Below are positions 7,158 through 17,586 of a stretch of 62,979 nt of DNA, in pieces. How positions within the stretch are numbered: the stretch's first letter is position 1; each line of letters begins with the position of its first letter. The notes below the pieces were generated by a model. The model was not told the DNA's origin and ran no database searches. It saw only the letters and a program-made list of their open reading frames with translations. Source of the DNA: a virus. The position numbers and the translations under genes are program-made. The DNA lies in IMG/VR virus record IMGVR_UViG_3300023216_001509, one strand, 5' to 3'.

Positions 7158-10100
7158 TGGCAAGCGAAATTGAAGAACTGGTTGTGAAGATAGCCGGCGA
7201 CGCCAAGGCGCTAGAAAAGGCGCTCAAGCAGTCCGAGAAAGCGGTTAAGAACTTTGCCCAGAAGACCGGCGCTTCGTTGAAGAAGGTCGGCAAGGGAATG
7301 CAGAATGTTGGCGGGGCGATGACCAAGTACATCACCGCCCCCCTGTTGGCCTTCGCCGGCATTGGGATTCATGCCTTCGCCAAGTTCAATGACAACATGA
7401 CCAAGTCCACGGCCATCATGCGGGATGAATTTGGGAACACCCTTTCCAAAGAAGTAATCGGCAAGATGGAGGAGGCGGCAATACTCATCGGTGAAACCAC
7501 CGTTACGTCTTCCGTGGATGCGGCCGAGGCGTATTTCTTCCTCGCCTCTGCTGGTTTGAGTGCGGCACAAGCAATCGAAGCCCTCCCCATCGTGAACAAC
7601 TTGGCAATCGCCGGCGCCTTCGATCTGGCAACAGCAACCGACCTTCTAACGGACGCGCAGTCCGCGCTTGGTTTGATGACTGGTTCAACTGCCCAGAAGA
7701 TGGAAAACATGATTCGGGTTTCCGATGTACTTGTCAAAGCGAACACGATGGCGAATGCCACGGTTGCCCAGTTCAGCACCTCCCTCACGTCCAAGGCTGG
7801 TGCGGCGTTGAAGTCTTTCAATAAGGATGTAGAGGAAGGTGTTGCTGTGCTCGCGGCAATGGCCGACCAGGGAGTGAAGGCGCAGTTGGCGGGCAATAAC
7901 CTGAATCGCATGATCACGTTGCTGGGCCAAGCTGCCCAGCGAAATGCCGCCGATCACAAGCGACTGGGATTTGAGGTGTTCGATGCAGCAGGGAAGATGA
8001 ACAACCTTGGGCAAATTATCGGGCAGCTTGAACAGATCACGACAGATATGACCGACGAGCAACTGACGGCGACGTTGGCCATGCTCGGGTTCCAGGCGGA
8101 AACCCAAGCGGTGATCATGCCCTTGCTGGGAACGTCCGCAACTATCGCAGAATATGAGGAGGCACTTCGTAGCGCAGGTGGCATGACGGAGGATGTTGCT
8201 AACGATCAGATGAAGTCTTTTTCCGCCCAGATGAAAATCCTTTGGAATCAAATTCGTAACCTTGCCATGGAACTTGGGAAGAAACTTGCGCCGGCAATAA
8301 CTTGGGTTGCCAAGAAAATCCAAGGCGCCATTGAGTGGTACAAGAAGCAATCGGAGTGGGTGAAGACCACCATGTTCTGGGTAGGTGTTTTGGCGGCGGC
8401 ATTGGGGCCGCTGCTTATGATAGTTGGGACGTTGATCGTTATGATCGGGGGGACGGTGGCAGCATGGGGTGCAATGACGGCAGCAATGGGCGCCACGTCC
8501 GTCACGGGTGTTATTCTCACCGCCGTCCAGTGGGCGTTGAATGCGGCAATGGCCGCGATGCCATTTGCTATTTTCTTGATGGCGGCAGCAGCCGTCATAG
8601 CTTTGTCGGTTTGGATTTACAAATCCAATAAGGCCATGCAGGATTTCAATAAGGAAATGGAACGCGGGAAGAAGTTAAACGACCAGCTCAAGGAAATGCG
8701 GGAGGGGGATGAGAAAAAGGTCGACAAAGAGATTTCGGAAATAAAAGACCCAAAGAAAAAGATAGAAGCCCTGAACGCGGAATTGGAACGGTCAACCAAG
8801 AACATGAAAGGCTATCAGTTCCAAGTTAAGAATTCAACAAATGAAGCGGCGAAACTTGCGCCCACTTGGAAGTCGGGTTGGCAGGCAGGCAAGAAACTTC
8901 ATGAGGCGTCACTTGTTACGTTGGCAGAATCGGAGGAACGCCTCGAGAACCAGGTTGAACGGCAGAAGGAATTGAAAGAGCAACTTGAAGCCGCCAAGGA
9001 GGAACAGGCCGAACTCAATGCCCTCCAAGTCTCGACGGGAATTACTACGCAACAAGAAATGTTGCTGGTGTCAGATCAGATAGCAGCCCTAAACGAAATG
9101 AACGATTCACTCGCACTCCAGGAACAGACGGTCGGCATGACCAAGGACGAGATTGAATTGTATAAAGCCGCCCAGGCAGGCGCCAACGAACAAACAATGG
9201 CAACCCTTCAAGCCATCGCAGATGAGAATACGGCAATGCGGGAAAGTATTAAGGCAAAAGAAAAGGCAGCCGCCGCGGCAAAGGAATTGGAAGAGAAGGC
9301 GGAGAAGGCAGGTGAGGCGGCGGCAGGTTTGACGGAAAAGTATAGTGAGCAGGTTGCCATCTTTGGCATGAATTCCAGGGAGGCGGCGATTTATAAGTTA
9401 GAGGTGGCTGGTGCGACTGAGGCTGACTTGGAACAGGCGCGTGCCTTGGATATGAAATTGACTGAATTGGAAAAGAACAAGAAGTTGATGAAACAGGGCG
9501 AGGCCATTACCAAGAAACTTCGCACCGAAGAACAGAAGCTGGCAGACAGTGAGAAAGAATTGTCGGACATGCTGGCGGCTGGGGCCATCGACTTGGACAC
9601 CTATGAGCGAGGGATGGTGAAACTCCATGAAGAAACGAAGAAAGATTTCAAGGTGAAGTTCAAGGTGTCCGGCGTGGAGGGTGTGATTGCCGGAACAGCC
9701 GACGCAGCAGCCAGGTTGGAGGAGTTTAGGACACTCGCGAAGAAGCAAAAAGAAGACCCGCCCATTGATTTCCGCGGTCAAGGGCAAGACATCCAATCCT
9801 CTGGCTTGGCGAAGAGGTTCGGGGAAGCTGTGACAGGCACCGAGGCCGACAAAGCACTGGCTACGGCGCAAGCGAACGAAAAGAAACGGCAGGAAGAGGA
9901 AGCAGCGAAGGCCAAGGAACTTGCGGATGCGCGGGAGGCGGAGAGGAAAGCGGCTGAGGACGAAATAGTACGGCAAGTCAATGAACGAAAAGCCGTTTCC
10001 AAAATGACCCATGCCCAGCTTTTCCAGGTCTATGGCAGGGAAGTGGGCGAGCAGATTGCGGACTTGAAGGCCAGGGCCATGCCCATTCCAGCAGAGCTGC

Positions 10101-10639
10101 TGACGGGTGGAATGGAACCAGGTGTTTTGGATGAAGTGGTGCAGCGTAACAAGGAAGCGGAGGAGCAAGGCACCGCCACCACCAATCTAATAACCGGCGA
10201 GCAAAACGAAGTCTTCGAATCCCGCCCAGGTGATCCTGAGATGGGCATGTTCCAAGGCGGGGCAGTGACGCAGGCGGACATCAACCGGATGAATTATACG
10301 GGGCAGGACACGACCGAGATGCAGAAACAATTCGATCAGGCCCAGGCGGCAAAGGCGGGGACACCTTCTGCGACCCCCGGCCGCGATGCCATGGACGAGA
10401 TGCAGAAACAATACGACGTGGTGGCCAAGCCAATGACGTCGATGATGACCGATAAGCAGGCAGGCATACTTCAGCTCAGGGACAGGCCAGGCGACCCCAA
10501 TCTTAAAAAGACACCAGGCGGTCTCCCGGAGGCTGAAGAATTGACCTCGATGGACGAGGCGTTGCAACAGATCAACGAGAACACCGCCGGCATGCAGGGG
10601 CAGCAGCTTGTGGTTATTTCCCCAGCGGAGATTTCATAA
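7157..10639 (+). CDS. Tape measure protein
   Basis: 1160 aa directly after G/G-T. Contains a central cluster of hydrophobic helices and long Ala/Glu/Lys coiled-coil stretches. Confidence 0.9.
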   Translation: MASEIEELVVKIAGDAKALEKALKQSEKAVKNFAQKTGASLKKVGKGMQNVGGAMTKYITAPLLAFAGIGIHAFAKFNDNMTKSTAIMRDEFGNTLSKEVIGKMEEAAILIGETTVTSSVDAAEAYFFLASAGLSAAQAIEALPIVNNLAIAGAFDLATATDLLTDAQSALGLMTGSTAQKMENMIRVSDVLVKANTMANATVAQFSTSLTSKAGAALKSFNKDVEEGVAVLAAMADQGVKAQLAGNNLNRMITLLGQAAQRNAADHKRLGFEVFDAAGKMNNLGQIIGQLEQITTDMTDEQLTATLAMLGFQAETQAVIMPLLGTSATIAEYEEALRSAGGMTEDVANDQMKSFSAQMKILWNQIRNLAMELGKKLAPAITWVAKKIQGAIEWYKKQSEWVKTTMFWVGVLAAALGPLLMIVGTLIVMIGGTVAAWGAMTAAMGATSVTGVILTAVQWALNAAMAAMPFAIFLMAAAAVIALSVWIYKSNKAMQDFNKEMERGKKLNDQLKEMREGDEKKVDKEISEIKDPKKKIEALNAELERSTKNMKGYQFQVKNSTNEAAKLAPTWKSGWQAGKKLHEASLVTLAESEERLENQVERQKELKEQLEAAKEEQAELNALQVSTGITTQQEMLLVSDQIAALNEMNDSLALQEQTVGMTKDEIELYKAAQAGANEQTMATLQAIADENTAMRESIKAKEKAAAAAKELEEKAEKAGEAAAGLTEKYSEQVAIFGMNSREAAIYKLEVAGATEADLEQARALDMKLTELEKNKKLMKQGEAITKKLRTEEQKLADSEKELSDMLAAGAIDLDTYERGMVKLHEETKKDFKVKFKVSGVEGVIAGTADAAARLEEFRTLAKKQKEDPPIDFRGQGQDIQSSGLAKRFGEAVTGTEADKALATAQANEKKRQEEEAAKAKELADAREAERKAAEDEIVRQVNERKAVSKMTHAQLFQVYGREVGEQIADLKARAMPIPAELLTGGMEPGVLDEVVQRNKEAEEQGTATTNLITGEQNEVFESRPGDPEMGMFQGGAVTQADINRMNYTGQDTTEMQKQFDQAQAAKAGTPSATPGRDAMDEMQKQYDVVAKPMTSMMTDKQAGILQLRDRPGDPNLKKTPGGLPEAEELTSMDEALQQINENTAGMQGQQLVVISPAEIS

Positions 10640-11526
10640 TGGGAATGTCTGTTCAAGGAGCGTTGAAATGGTCATGCAGTCGTGATACGAAAGGCGACCG
10701 GACTTACAGAGTGTCGTGGCTGGTTAGATCGAATGATGTATACGATGGCCCTGCCCACGCCATTACCGCTTCCGGTTTGCCGCAGGTGGGTTCAACGTGG
10801 CAAGCGGGAAATGATTATGATGTTTGGGCGTTCTGTACGCCGGAAACTTCCGCCTCCCCTCTTCAAAGTAAGGAAAGAGGATATTATTGGGTGGTCGAAA
10901 ACACCTTCACCACCAAGCCACAGAACAGATGCCAGAATGCCTCGATTGAAAACCCCCTGCAGGAACCTGCTGAAATCAGTGGCAGCTTCGTGAAGTATTC
11001 TAAAGAGGTCGACAAGGACAAGGACGACAACCCAATCGAAACAAGCAGCCATGAAATCATTCGTGGGCCAGTGGTGGAGTTCGATCAAAACCGCGCCACC
11101 GTTTCCATCAAAGGAAACATTCTTACCCTCCCGCTGGAAATGTTTACGGACATGATCGACAAGGTGAATGACGCGACCTTGTGGGGACTGGCGAAAAGGA
11201 AAGTGAAGTTGTCCAATGTGAGCTGGGCGCGGGTGCTCTATGGGACTTGTTTCTTCTATTACACTGTCACCTATGAATTCGATATCGACTTCGAAACTTT
11301 TGACCGCACAACCTTGGACGAGGGAACCAGAGTGCTCACCAAGGGCGGCGACAAGGACAACAAGAATGATTTCGAACTTTACAAAGACGTGAACGGGGAG
11401 AACACGAGGGTTTTCCTGAACGGGGAAGGTGAGAAGTTGGGGGATGGTGAAGACCCTATTGAAATCGAAATCAAGTATTATGAGGAAGCGAATTTCCTGC
11501 AGTTGGGCATTCCCACCTCATTATGA
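10639..11526 (+). CDS. Distal tail / baseplate protein candidate
   Basis: 295 aa. Start overlaps the tape measure stop (TAATG). Call is positional only. Confidence 0.35.
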   Translation: MGMSVQGALKWSCSRDTKGDRTYRVSWLVRSNDVYDGPAHAITASGLPQVGSTWQAGNDYDVWAFCTPETSASPLQSKERGYYWVVENTFTTKPQNRCQNASIENPLQEPAEISGSFVKYSKEVDKDKDDNPIETSSHEIIRGPVVEFDQNRATVSIKGNILTLPLEMFTDMIDKVNDATLWGLAKRKVKLSNVSWARVLYGTCFFYYTVTYEFDIDFETFDRTTLDEGTRVLTKGGDKDNKNDFELYKDVNGENTRVFLNGEGEKLGDGEDPIEIEIKYYEEANFLQLGIPTSL

Positions 11527-11539
11527 TTAGGGGACTAAG

Positions 11540-12022
11540 ATGGAAGACAAACAGATTCAAGCTGCTATAGATAAAATGATTCCCATCGAGGAAATGAGGC
11601 AAGGGGCAACCAATGACCACGATCGTTTGACAGTTAAGTTGGAGGTCTATTATGAGCAGTCTGAATTTGACCCTGCCCAGGTGTCGTGCAGCTTTGTTCA
11701 GTTGCTTCCCCAGTCCCAAGATCAAATCTACGTCCGCCGAATTTTAGTGGGGCCAGAATGGCAGGCGTTGGACATAGGGTGGGTGAAGGAGGTTGGTTTC
11801 ATCCTTGTGGAAAACAGACCGAAACGATTCCAAGCAATGCCAACCGAAGAGGAACAGGCGGAGGTAGAGAAAAAGGTGTTGAGTATTCGAAACAGTGAGG
11901 CCAGTGAATGGCCGATTGCTTCCGGAGCATTCTTCTTCGGCAAGCCCCAAGATATTAGCACCGTGCAGATTCGTTGTCTGTCCGGTGAGACCCAGGCCGT
12001 TGTGAATATCTTCCCAGGTTAA
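11540..12022 (+). CDS. Hypothetical tail-tip protein
   Basis: 160-aa ORF between the distal tail candidate and the fibre candidate. Confidence 0.3.
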   Translation: MEDKQIQAAIDKMIPIEEMRQGATNDHDRLTVKLEVYYEQSEFDPAQVSCSFVQLLPQSQDQIYVRRILVGPEWQALDIGWVKEVGFILVENRPKRFQAMPTEEEQAEVEKKVLSIRNSEASEWPIASGAFFFGKPQDISTVQIRCLSGETQAVVNIFPG

Positions 12023-12023
12023 A

Positions 12024-15000
12024 ATGGCAGGCGGCAACCAATACTTTCTGAACGAAAAAGACAAGGAACGCATCCTTGCCGCCCTCACCCGTTTAGACAA
12101 TACGCGGCAGGATGGGATTACGCCCTACGTCCCACCAGGTGACCCACGGGCGCCCGAAGTTTATGTCGGCATTCTGCCTTGTGGTGAAGAAATCCCCAAG
12201 CGGGAAGGTGACACTCCAGGAGTGGCCAAGGTTTGTCTTTATAAGATGGTCGGAACTGCTGCCGGCCAACCCATCATCGGCCCGGGCGGTGTTCCCGAAG
12301 AGGAGCCGGAAACTCCCCCTGACGACTCGCCGGGGCAGACGTACAAGTTGGAACCTGTTGTTGATTTACAAGACCCACCAGTTCAAATCCGAGTCGATGT
12401 CTATAACATTTATGATGAGCCAGTTACGGACGGAGAACATTACATTCGACTGCAGCGGGATAAATATGGTCGATGGTTAAACGAACGGCCGCAAGATTCA
12501 GCGCCTCCTCCTGCTGTGACCAATGATAGTATCAATCCAATTGAAAATGCCTGCACCGGAATTTGCGTTTGGGTCTGGGATGAGCTGGCTTTTGAGTGGG
12601 TTCCCGATCAAGAAAACGCCAACGCTTGTAGCAATCCACCAGGGACAACCCAAACAACAGAAGACCCATGTGCGGCGATGGCCTCGTCAGGGGATTGCTC
12701 TTGTTGTCCGGGCATTGACCCGTACACGAACACAAGCACCACGGCCGCGCCCACCACCACCACCCTTGATCCAGATGAATTTGTTTGCGTGTGCCAGTAT
12801 CCATTGCACTGCGGAATTACTGATCAGGAAATTACCGAAACAAGTTGTTCGGTCGGAGAAAATACGCCGGACTTGGATTGCACCACCACCCTCACCACGG
12901 GCGACCCGGACACCACCACCACGCCGGATTGTAATTGCGATACGTCAACCACTCTCGGGCAGTGCGGGAACGGATGTGATTGGAAAGCGGTTCCGGTGTG
13001 GATGGGTGGTGGCGGGTGGGCTTGGGCCAATACATCTAACGATTGCGCTCCACATTGCCCTTGCCCCTACCCGGATAAAATCCCCGATTGCAATACAGAC
13101 CATACCAATTGCGTCCCGCTTCCACCGCCAGGACCTCCAGGTCCCGCGCCACCATGCCAAGGCGGCTGCCACTTCATTTACACTGCCGTGGGCGGCAACT
13201 GGATTCTGATTGACCACGACTGTTCCCAGTTGGCTTGGTGTCACGGGGTATGGGCGTCGAATCAAGGTGACTGCTGCACCTGCGTGTATCCTTCTTACAC
13301 CGGCCAGGATTGCGAGCAGGCCAGCACTGGCTGCGTAATGCCGCCGGCAAACTCAACAACGCAAGACCCATGCGCCCCATGCTATTCAAGTACCACCACA
13401 CCAGGCCCAACCACTTCATCGACAACCACATCCTGCAACCCTTGTTCTGCTTGTACTTATCCAGATGAGAAATGCTGCTACAACTATTCCACGGAATGTG
13501 AGCAGTGGGTTTTGGTACTTGACCTGTGCGAACCTGAAGGCTGTGTTGATTGCAAGACCTCCCTCGACGACGCCCCACCCTTTACCAGTGGATCAGGATT
13601 TACGAAATGCATCCCATGTAGCGGCGTGGCCCCCGAGCCACCTCCAGACCCATGTGAGGAGGAAGGCGCCAAGTGTGACACGGGAACTGATTGCGCAAGA
13701 TGCAAGTGGAAATGGAGTTGCGATTGTGACCCGCCGGCGTGGGTGGAAATTCAAATGCCTTGTGAAGGGAATTGCCCATGCTCTTATCCGGATTATGAAT
13801 GCAATCGTTCCTATACAGAATGGGAGCGGTGCGGAAGTGACCCGTCGATGACAATCGAAACAACAGAGGCACCAGTATGCAACCAGGTGTATTCCAATTT
13901 CTGCCTCTCGCAGAATACGTCCACCACCCTCGCGCCAACCACCACCACCACCGCAGAACCAACCACCACGGACACCACGATCACAACTTGCGACCCAACC
14001 ACCACTGCACCTCCGGTAACGCCAGCCCCCACCACCACTGAATGCCCCACATCCACCACCACCACGGCCACATCCACAACTTCAACTTCTTGCAATCCTG
14101 CTCCCGGTTGTTCGGAACCAGTTGATCCAAATTACCCATGCGGGAACCCGCCCTTCGATCCCGCGTTTTGGAGCACCTGTTGCTGCCACGGGCCATGCTG
14201 CGTCTATGCGAAGAACCCTGATCCGGTCTGCTTCGTTGGCGAAGGCGCGTTCATGAATTGCACCAACAACTCCACCGTCTGGCATTGTAATGCGGAAGGC
14301 GGAGCGTGTTGTGACCCGGATGGGGCGGAGGAATGTGATGTCTATTTCTTGGGGGAGGGTTACACTTGCGAAGATTGCCCAGAGGGTTGGACAGGGATTA
14401 CGTCCACCACCACCACTCCATCCCCCGAGACGGGCGCGTGCTGTTGGGATCATGGTGAGGAATGTACAGATGGTTTGACTTATGGTGCCTGTTCGATCAA
14501 GGACGATTCCATTGAATGGCGGCAGGACACCTTCTGCGCCTCGTTTACTTGTCCGACCACCCTGCAACCAGACGAGGGTGCTTGCTGTTACAATTACGGG
14601 AGTTGCACTCCACGCGAACAAGTGAATTGCCAAGGGGCAGGTGAATTATGGTATGAGGACAAGCGATGCGACCAGGTGGATTGCCCAACAACCATCGCGC
14701 CCGGGGATGGTGCCTGTTGTTACGACAACGGTTCTTGTAACGTCGAGACACAAGTAAACTGCCAAACACGTCCGGGCTTCGATGAATGGCACGATGGCGT
14801 CGGTTGTGCAGCGGTGACTTGCCCGCCTTGTGATTGCTCCGAAGAGGCCTGCACTTATATTTGGACATGCGACCCGTTTGATTGCGCGGGGACTGGGAGC
14901 TGGTCAATATACGCCCCCGGCGACAACAGTTGCACCGACCCGCCAGGATGCAATGAGACTTGCGAATGTACTCCGCCGTCCTCACCCGGAAGTTCACCCA

Positions 15001-15041
15001 TGGAGCAGGGAAGCGGAACTTGTATAAACATCAGTCCTTAA
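12024..15041 (+). CDS. Tail fibre / receptor-binding candidate, extremely Cys- and Thr-rich
   Basis: 1005 aa. The first ~170 aa are ordinary. The remainder has about 100 Cys (by-eye count 104), poly-Thr linkers, and two reiterated Cys modules (GACCxxxGxC...VNCQ and CxC(P/S)YPD). Confidence 0.55.
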   Translation: MAGGNQYFLNEKDKERILAALTRLDNTRQDGITPYVPPGDPRAPEVYVGILPCGEEIPKREGDTPGVAKVCLYKMVGTAAGQPIIGPGGVPEEEPETPPDDSPGQTYKLEPVVDLQDPPVQIRVDVYNIYDEPVTDGEHYIRLQRDKYGRWLNERPQDSAPPPAVTNDSINPIENACTGICVWVWDELAFEWVPDQENANACSNPPGTTQTTEDPCAAMASSGDCSCCPGIDPYTNTSTTAAPTTTTLDPDEFVCVCQYPLHCGITDQEITETSCSVGENTPDLDCTTTLTTGDPDTTTTPDCNCDTSTTLGQCGNGCDWKAVPVWMGGGGWAWANTSNDCAPHCPCPYPDKIPDCNTDHTNCVPLPPPGPPGPAPPCQGGCHFIYTAVGGNWILIDHDCSQLAWCHGVWASNQGDCCTCVYPSYTGQDCEQASTGCVMPPANSTTQDPCAPCYSSTTTPGPTTSSTTTSCNPCSACTYPDEKCCYNYSTECEQWVLVLDLCEPEGCVDCKTSLDDAPPFTSGSGFTKCIPCSGVAPEPPPDPCEEEGAKCDTGTDCARCKWKWSCDCDPPAWVEIQMPCEGNCPCSYPDYECNRSYTEWERCGSDPSMTIETTEAPVCNQVYSNFCLSQNTSTTLAPTTTTTAEPTTTDTTITTCDPTTTAPPVTPAPTTTECPTSTTTTATSTTSTSCNPAPGCSEPVDPNYPCGNPPFDPAFWSTCCCHGPCCVYAKNPDPVCFVGEGAFMNCTNNSTVWHCNAEGGACCDPDGAEECDVYFLGEGYTCEDCPEGWTGITSTTTTPSPETGACCWDHGEECTDGLTYGACSIKDDSIEWRQDTFCASFTCPTTLQPDEGACCYNYGSCTPREQVNCQGAGELWYEDKRCDQVDCPTTIAPGDGACCYDNGSCNVETQVNCQTRPGFDEWHDGVGCAAVTCPPCDCSEEACTYIWTCDPFDCAGTGSWSIYAPGDNSCTDPPGCNETCECTPPSSPGSSPMEQGSGTCINISP

Positions 15042-15065
15042 CAAGGAAACAAAGGAGACCAAGCG

Positions 15066-16997
15066 ATGCCGAAACTTACGATTGGAATGGCCCATTTTGA
15101 TGATTACGATGGGGTCTACTTTACGATTCAAGCGATGCGAATGTATCACCCTGAAGTGATGCAGGATGTGGAGTTTGTCGTTGTGGACAACTCGCCCAAC
15201 ACCAGGGCGGGTCAGCAGATCAAGCACATGTTTGAGGGGTTCGTTAAAGTCGGAACGGCAGGGGCCATCTATCACCCGCTGCCCGATGTCTATGGGACTT
15301 CAGTTGCTCGTGACGCAATTTTCTCCGTGGCAACTGGTGACGCTGTTCTTGTTGTTGATTGCCATGTTCTGTTGCCCGTTGGGTCTATCGCAAGACTGGT
15401 GAAGTGGTACGACGACCACCCGGACACTCGGGACATCTATTCCGGCCCGCTGTGTTATGATAACTTCCAATCTTATACCACCCACTTCAATGATCAGTGG
15501 CGGGGCGAGATGTGGGGGACGTGGGGTTCCACTTTCAGAGGGAACTGCAAGGGGCAGGAGTGTCTCTTTTCTGTTATCGAGGAGGGTATCCCATCCCCGG
15601 AAAATCCTTCCCGAGCGAAGTTTGTTTCAATGGACATGGGGCCGATTGAAATCAGCCAGTGCGGTCAGTGCGAACCTTTCCCAGACATGCTATTCGCTGG
15701 TCATGCTTTGGAGTTGTTCAAGTTGGGATATGAGTACGCTGGGGAAAGTGATGATGAGGAACCTTGGGAAACACCAGGCCACGGGTTGGGGTTGTTTTCC
15801 TGCCGGCGGGATGCGTGGTTGGGGTTCAACAAGGATGCAATCGGTTTCGGTGGCGAGGAACTTTATATCCATGAAAAGTTTCGGCAGGAAGGCGCCAAGT
15901 CTATCTGCCTTCCTTTCATGCGTTGGATGCACAGGTTCGCCCGCCCAGGTGGGGTCAAGTTCCCGCTGACCCGCTTCAACAAGGTGCGCAACTATATTCT
16001 GGAGTTCAACGAGTTGGGCCGCGACCTCGACCCCATCCACGAGCACTTCGTGAAGTCTGGTTTGATGACGCAAGATGGTTGGGATGAGTTGGTGGCAGAC
16101 CCTGTGAACACTAGGAAAGACCCTGTGAAGGATGAGGGCTGCGATGGTTGCGGCAAGAAGGTTGGCGGGATTGATTTGAAGAACCTGAAGAACTTCAGGA
16201 ACGTGGACGAAATATATGACGCACTGAAAAGTATTCCCAGGGATTTGGATCAACACCTCCCGAAACTAAAGGAACTTGCGGAACAATGCGACCACGTCAC
16301 AGAGTTCTCCCAGCGGCGGGAATCGACGATTGCCTTCCTTGCCGCCAGGCCGACGAAGTTGGTGTCCTACAATACTGAATGGGATCACGTTCAGGAACAT
16401 GCGGCGAGGTTGTGCGTGGGCGAAACGGAATACATTCACACCGTTTTCCGTTCGCACTTTGTTGATGAAATAGAAGAGACGGACATGCTGTTCATCGACT
16501 CGACGCACACCTACGCCTATCTGAAAACCGAGTTTGAGAAGTTCGCCAAACAGGTGAAGCGGTACATTGTGATTCACGATACGCTGCTCTATGGGGAACG
16601 CGGGGAAGACGCGGGGCCAGGGAAGCTGCCCGCCATGCGTGAGTTCATGAAAGAGAACCCCGAATGGTCGGTGGTACATCACACTGCGGATCAATACGGG
16701 TTGACCGTGATGGGGTGCCAGAAGGCGGACAAGCCCAAACTCCCCACCACGATTGAGATGGCGAAGAACCTAGTGAAGGCGGTGGCCGACCATGTTGCGG
16801 ACGGTGGTCGCAAAGTGTCGGACGAAACTTTCGAGAAACGGCTGTTGGTTTGTTCAACATGCCCACAACGGGTCGACACCCGTTGCACAGTTTGTGGATG
16901 TTTTATTTCCAAGAAAGCATCTTGGAAGGAGCAAGGTTGCCCGATTGGATTGTGGGAACCGGAGACCGATGAAGAAAAGGAGACCAATGATGACTGA
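15066..16997 (+). CDS. Fusion of a GT2-like glycosyltransferase and a class I SAM methyltransferase-like domain, with a terminal Cys cluster
   Basis: N-terminus LTIGMAHFDDYDGVYFTIQA...FVVVDNSP...VLVVDCH is GT2-like. The C-terminal half (MLFIDSTHTY...YIVIHDT) is Methyltransf_24-like. The tail carries CSTCPQRVDTRCTVCGC. Confidence 0.6.
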   Translation: MPKLTIGMAHFDDYDGVYFTIQAMRMYHPEVMQDVEFVVVDNSPNTRAGQQIKHMFEGFVKVGTAGAIYHPLPDVYGTSVARDAIFSVATGDAVLVVDCHVLLPVGSIARLVKWYDDHPDTRDIYSGPLCYDNFQSYTTHFNDQWRGEMWGTWGSTFRGNCKGQECLFSVIEEGIPSPENPSRAKFVSMDMGPIEISQCGQCEPFPDMLFAGHALELFKLGYEYAGESDDEEPWETPGHGLGLFSCRRDAWLGFNKDAIGFGGEELYIHEKFRQEGAKSICLPFMRWMHRFARPGGVKFPLTRFNKVRNYILEFNELGRDLDPIHEHFVKSGLMTQDGWDELVADPVNTRKDPVKDEGCDGCGKKVGGIDLKNLKNFRNVDEIYDALKSIPRDLDQHLPKLKELAEQCDHVTEFSQRRESTIAFLAARPTKLVSYNTEWDHVQEHAARLCVGETEYIHTVFRSHFVDEIEETDMLFIDSTHTYAYLKTEFEKFAKQVKRYIVIHDTLLYGERGEDAGPGKLPAMREFMKENPEWSVVHHTADQYGLTVMGCQKADKPKLPTTIEMAKNLVKAVADHVADGGRKVSDETFEKRLLVCSTCPQRVDTRCTVCGCFISKKASWKEQGCPIGLWEPETDEEKETNDD

Positions 16998-17586
16998 ACT
17001 ATACCCTCACGTTGCCGGCTGGTTATTTGATAATGAGTTTCTCATGTTGAGCGAACTCGCGAAGGGGAAAGATGTTTTGGAGGTTGGGTGTTTCCAAGGC
17101 CGCTCCACGGTGGCCCTTGCACAGACAGCGAGGCACGTCACGTCCGTGGACTATTTTCACGGGGACGATTATACCGCCTCGGTTGGGCATATTGATTCAC
17201 CTGAAGTCCGGAAGAAGGTCATGCAGGCATGGGTTGAAAATACAGAGCCATTTGAAAAGAAATGCTCTCTGTTGATGGGGGACATGTACAACATCCTCCC
17301 CCTTCTGAAACCGCTGGACTTCCAATTGATTTTCTACGACGCTGATCACACGGCGGAGGCGGTTGGGTTCTTCTTTGCTTGGTTGGACTCGCACACCCTG
17401 CCGGACGACACGGTCATTGTCTTGCACGATTACAAACCAGGGCAAGGTGAGCAATGGCAGGATGGATGTGATGTCATGGATGGCTGGCATACGAAGAGCA
17501 AGCGCCTCGCGAAGCTGGTCGGTTCCTTGATTACCTTCTCAACGAAACCTCTGCGAATCGATTCGTTCGGGGAGATGGTTCAATGA
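16987..17586 (+). CDS. Class I SAM-dependent (O-)methyltransferase
   Basis: VLEVGCFQGRST (motif I) and LIFYDADHT. The ATG at 16987 overlaps the upstream stop. Confidence 0.6.
   Translation: MMTELYPHVAGWLFDNEFLMLSELAKGKDVLEVGCFQGRSTVALAQTARHVTSVDYFHGDDYTASVGHIDSPEVRKKVMQAWVENTEPFEKKCSLLMGDMYNILPLLKPLDFQLIFYDADHTAEAVGFFFAWLDSHTLPDDTVIVLHDYKPGQGEQWQDGCDVMDGWHTKSKRLAKLVGSLITFSTKPLRIDSFGEMVQ

Noticed and set aside
7211-10656. Many 60-250-aa ORFs inside or antisense to the tape measure gene (for example 7685..8350 and 9398..10168)
   Set aside because: They are alternative-frame artefacts of a long GC-balanced gene. Compositions are skewed (Arg/Leu/His-rich) and they lack start contexts.
12523-14997. 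Alternative-frame ORFs within the fibre gene (12523..13209, 14082..14633, 14545..14997 and others)
   Set aside because: They lie entirely within the 1005-aa ORF, which has a coherent repeat architecture. The alternatives are Arg/Pro-rich nonsense typical of off-frame reading.
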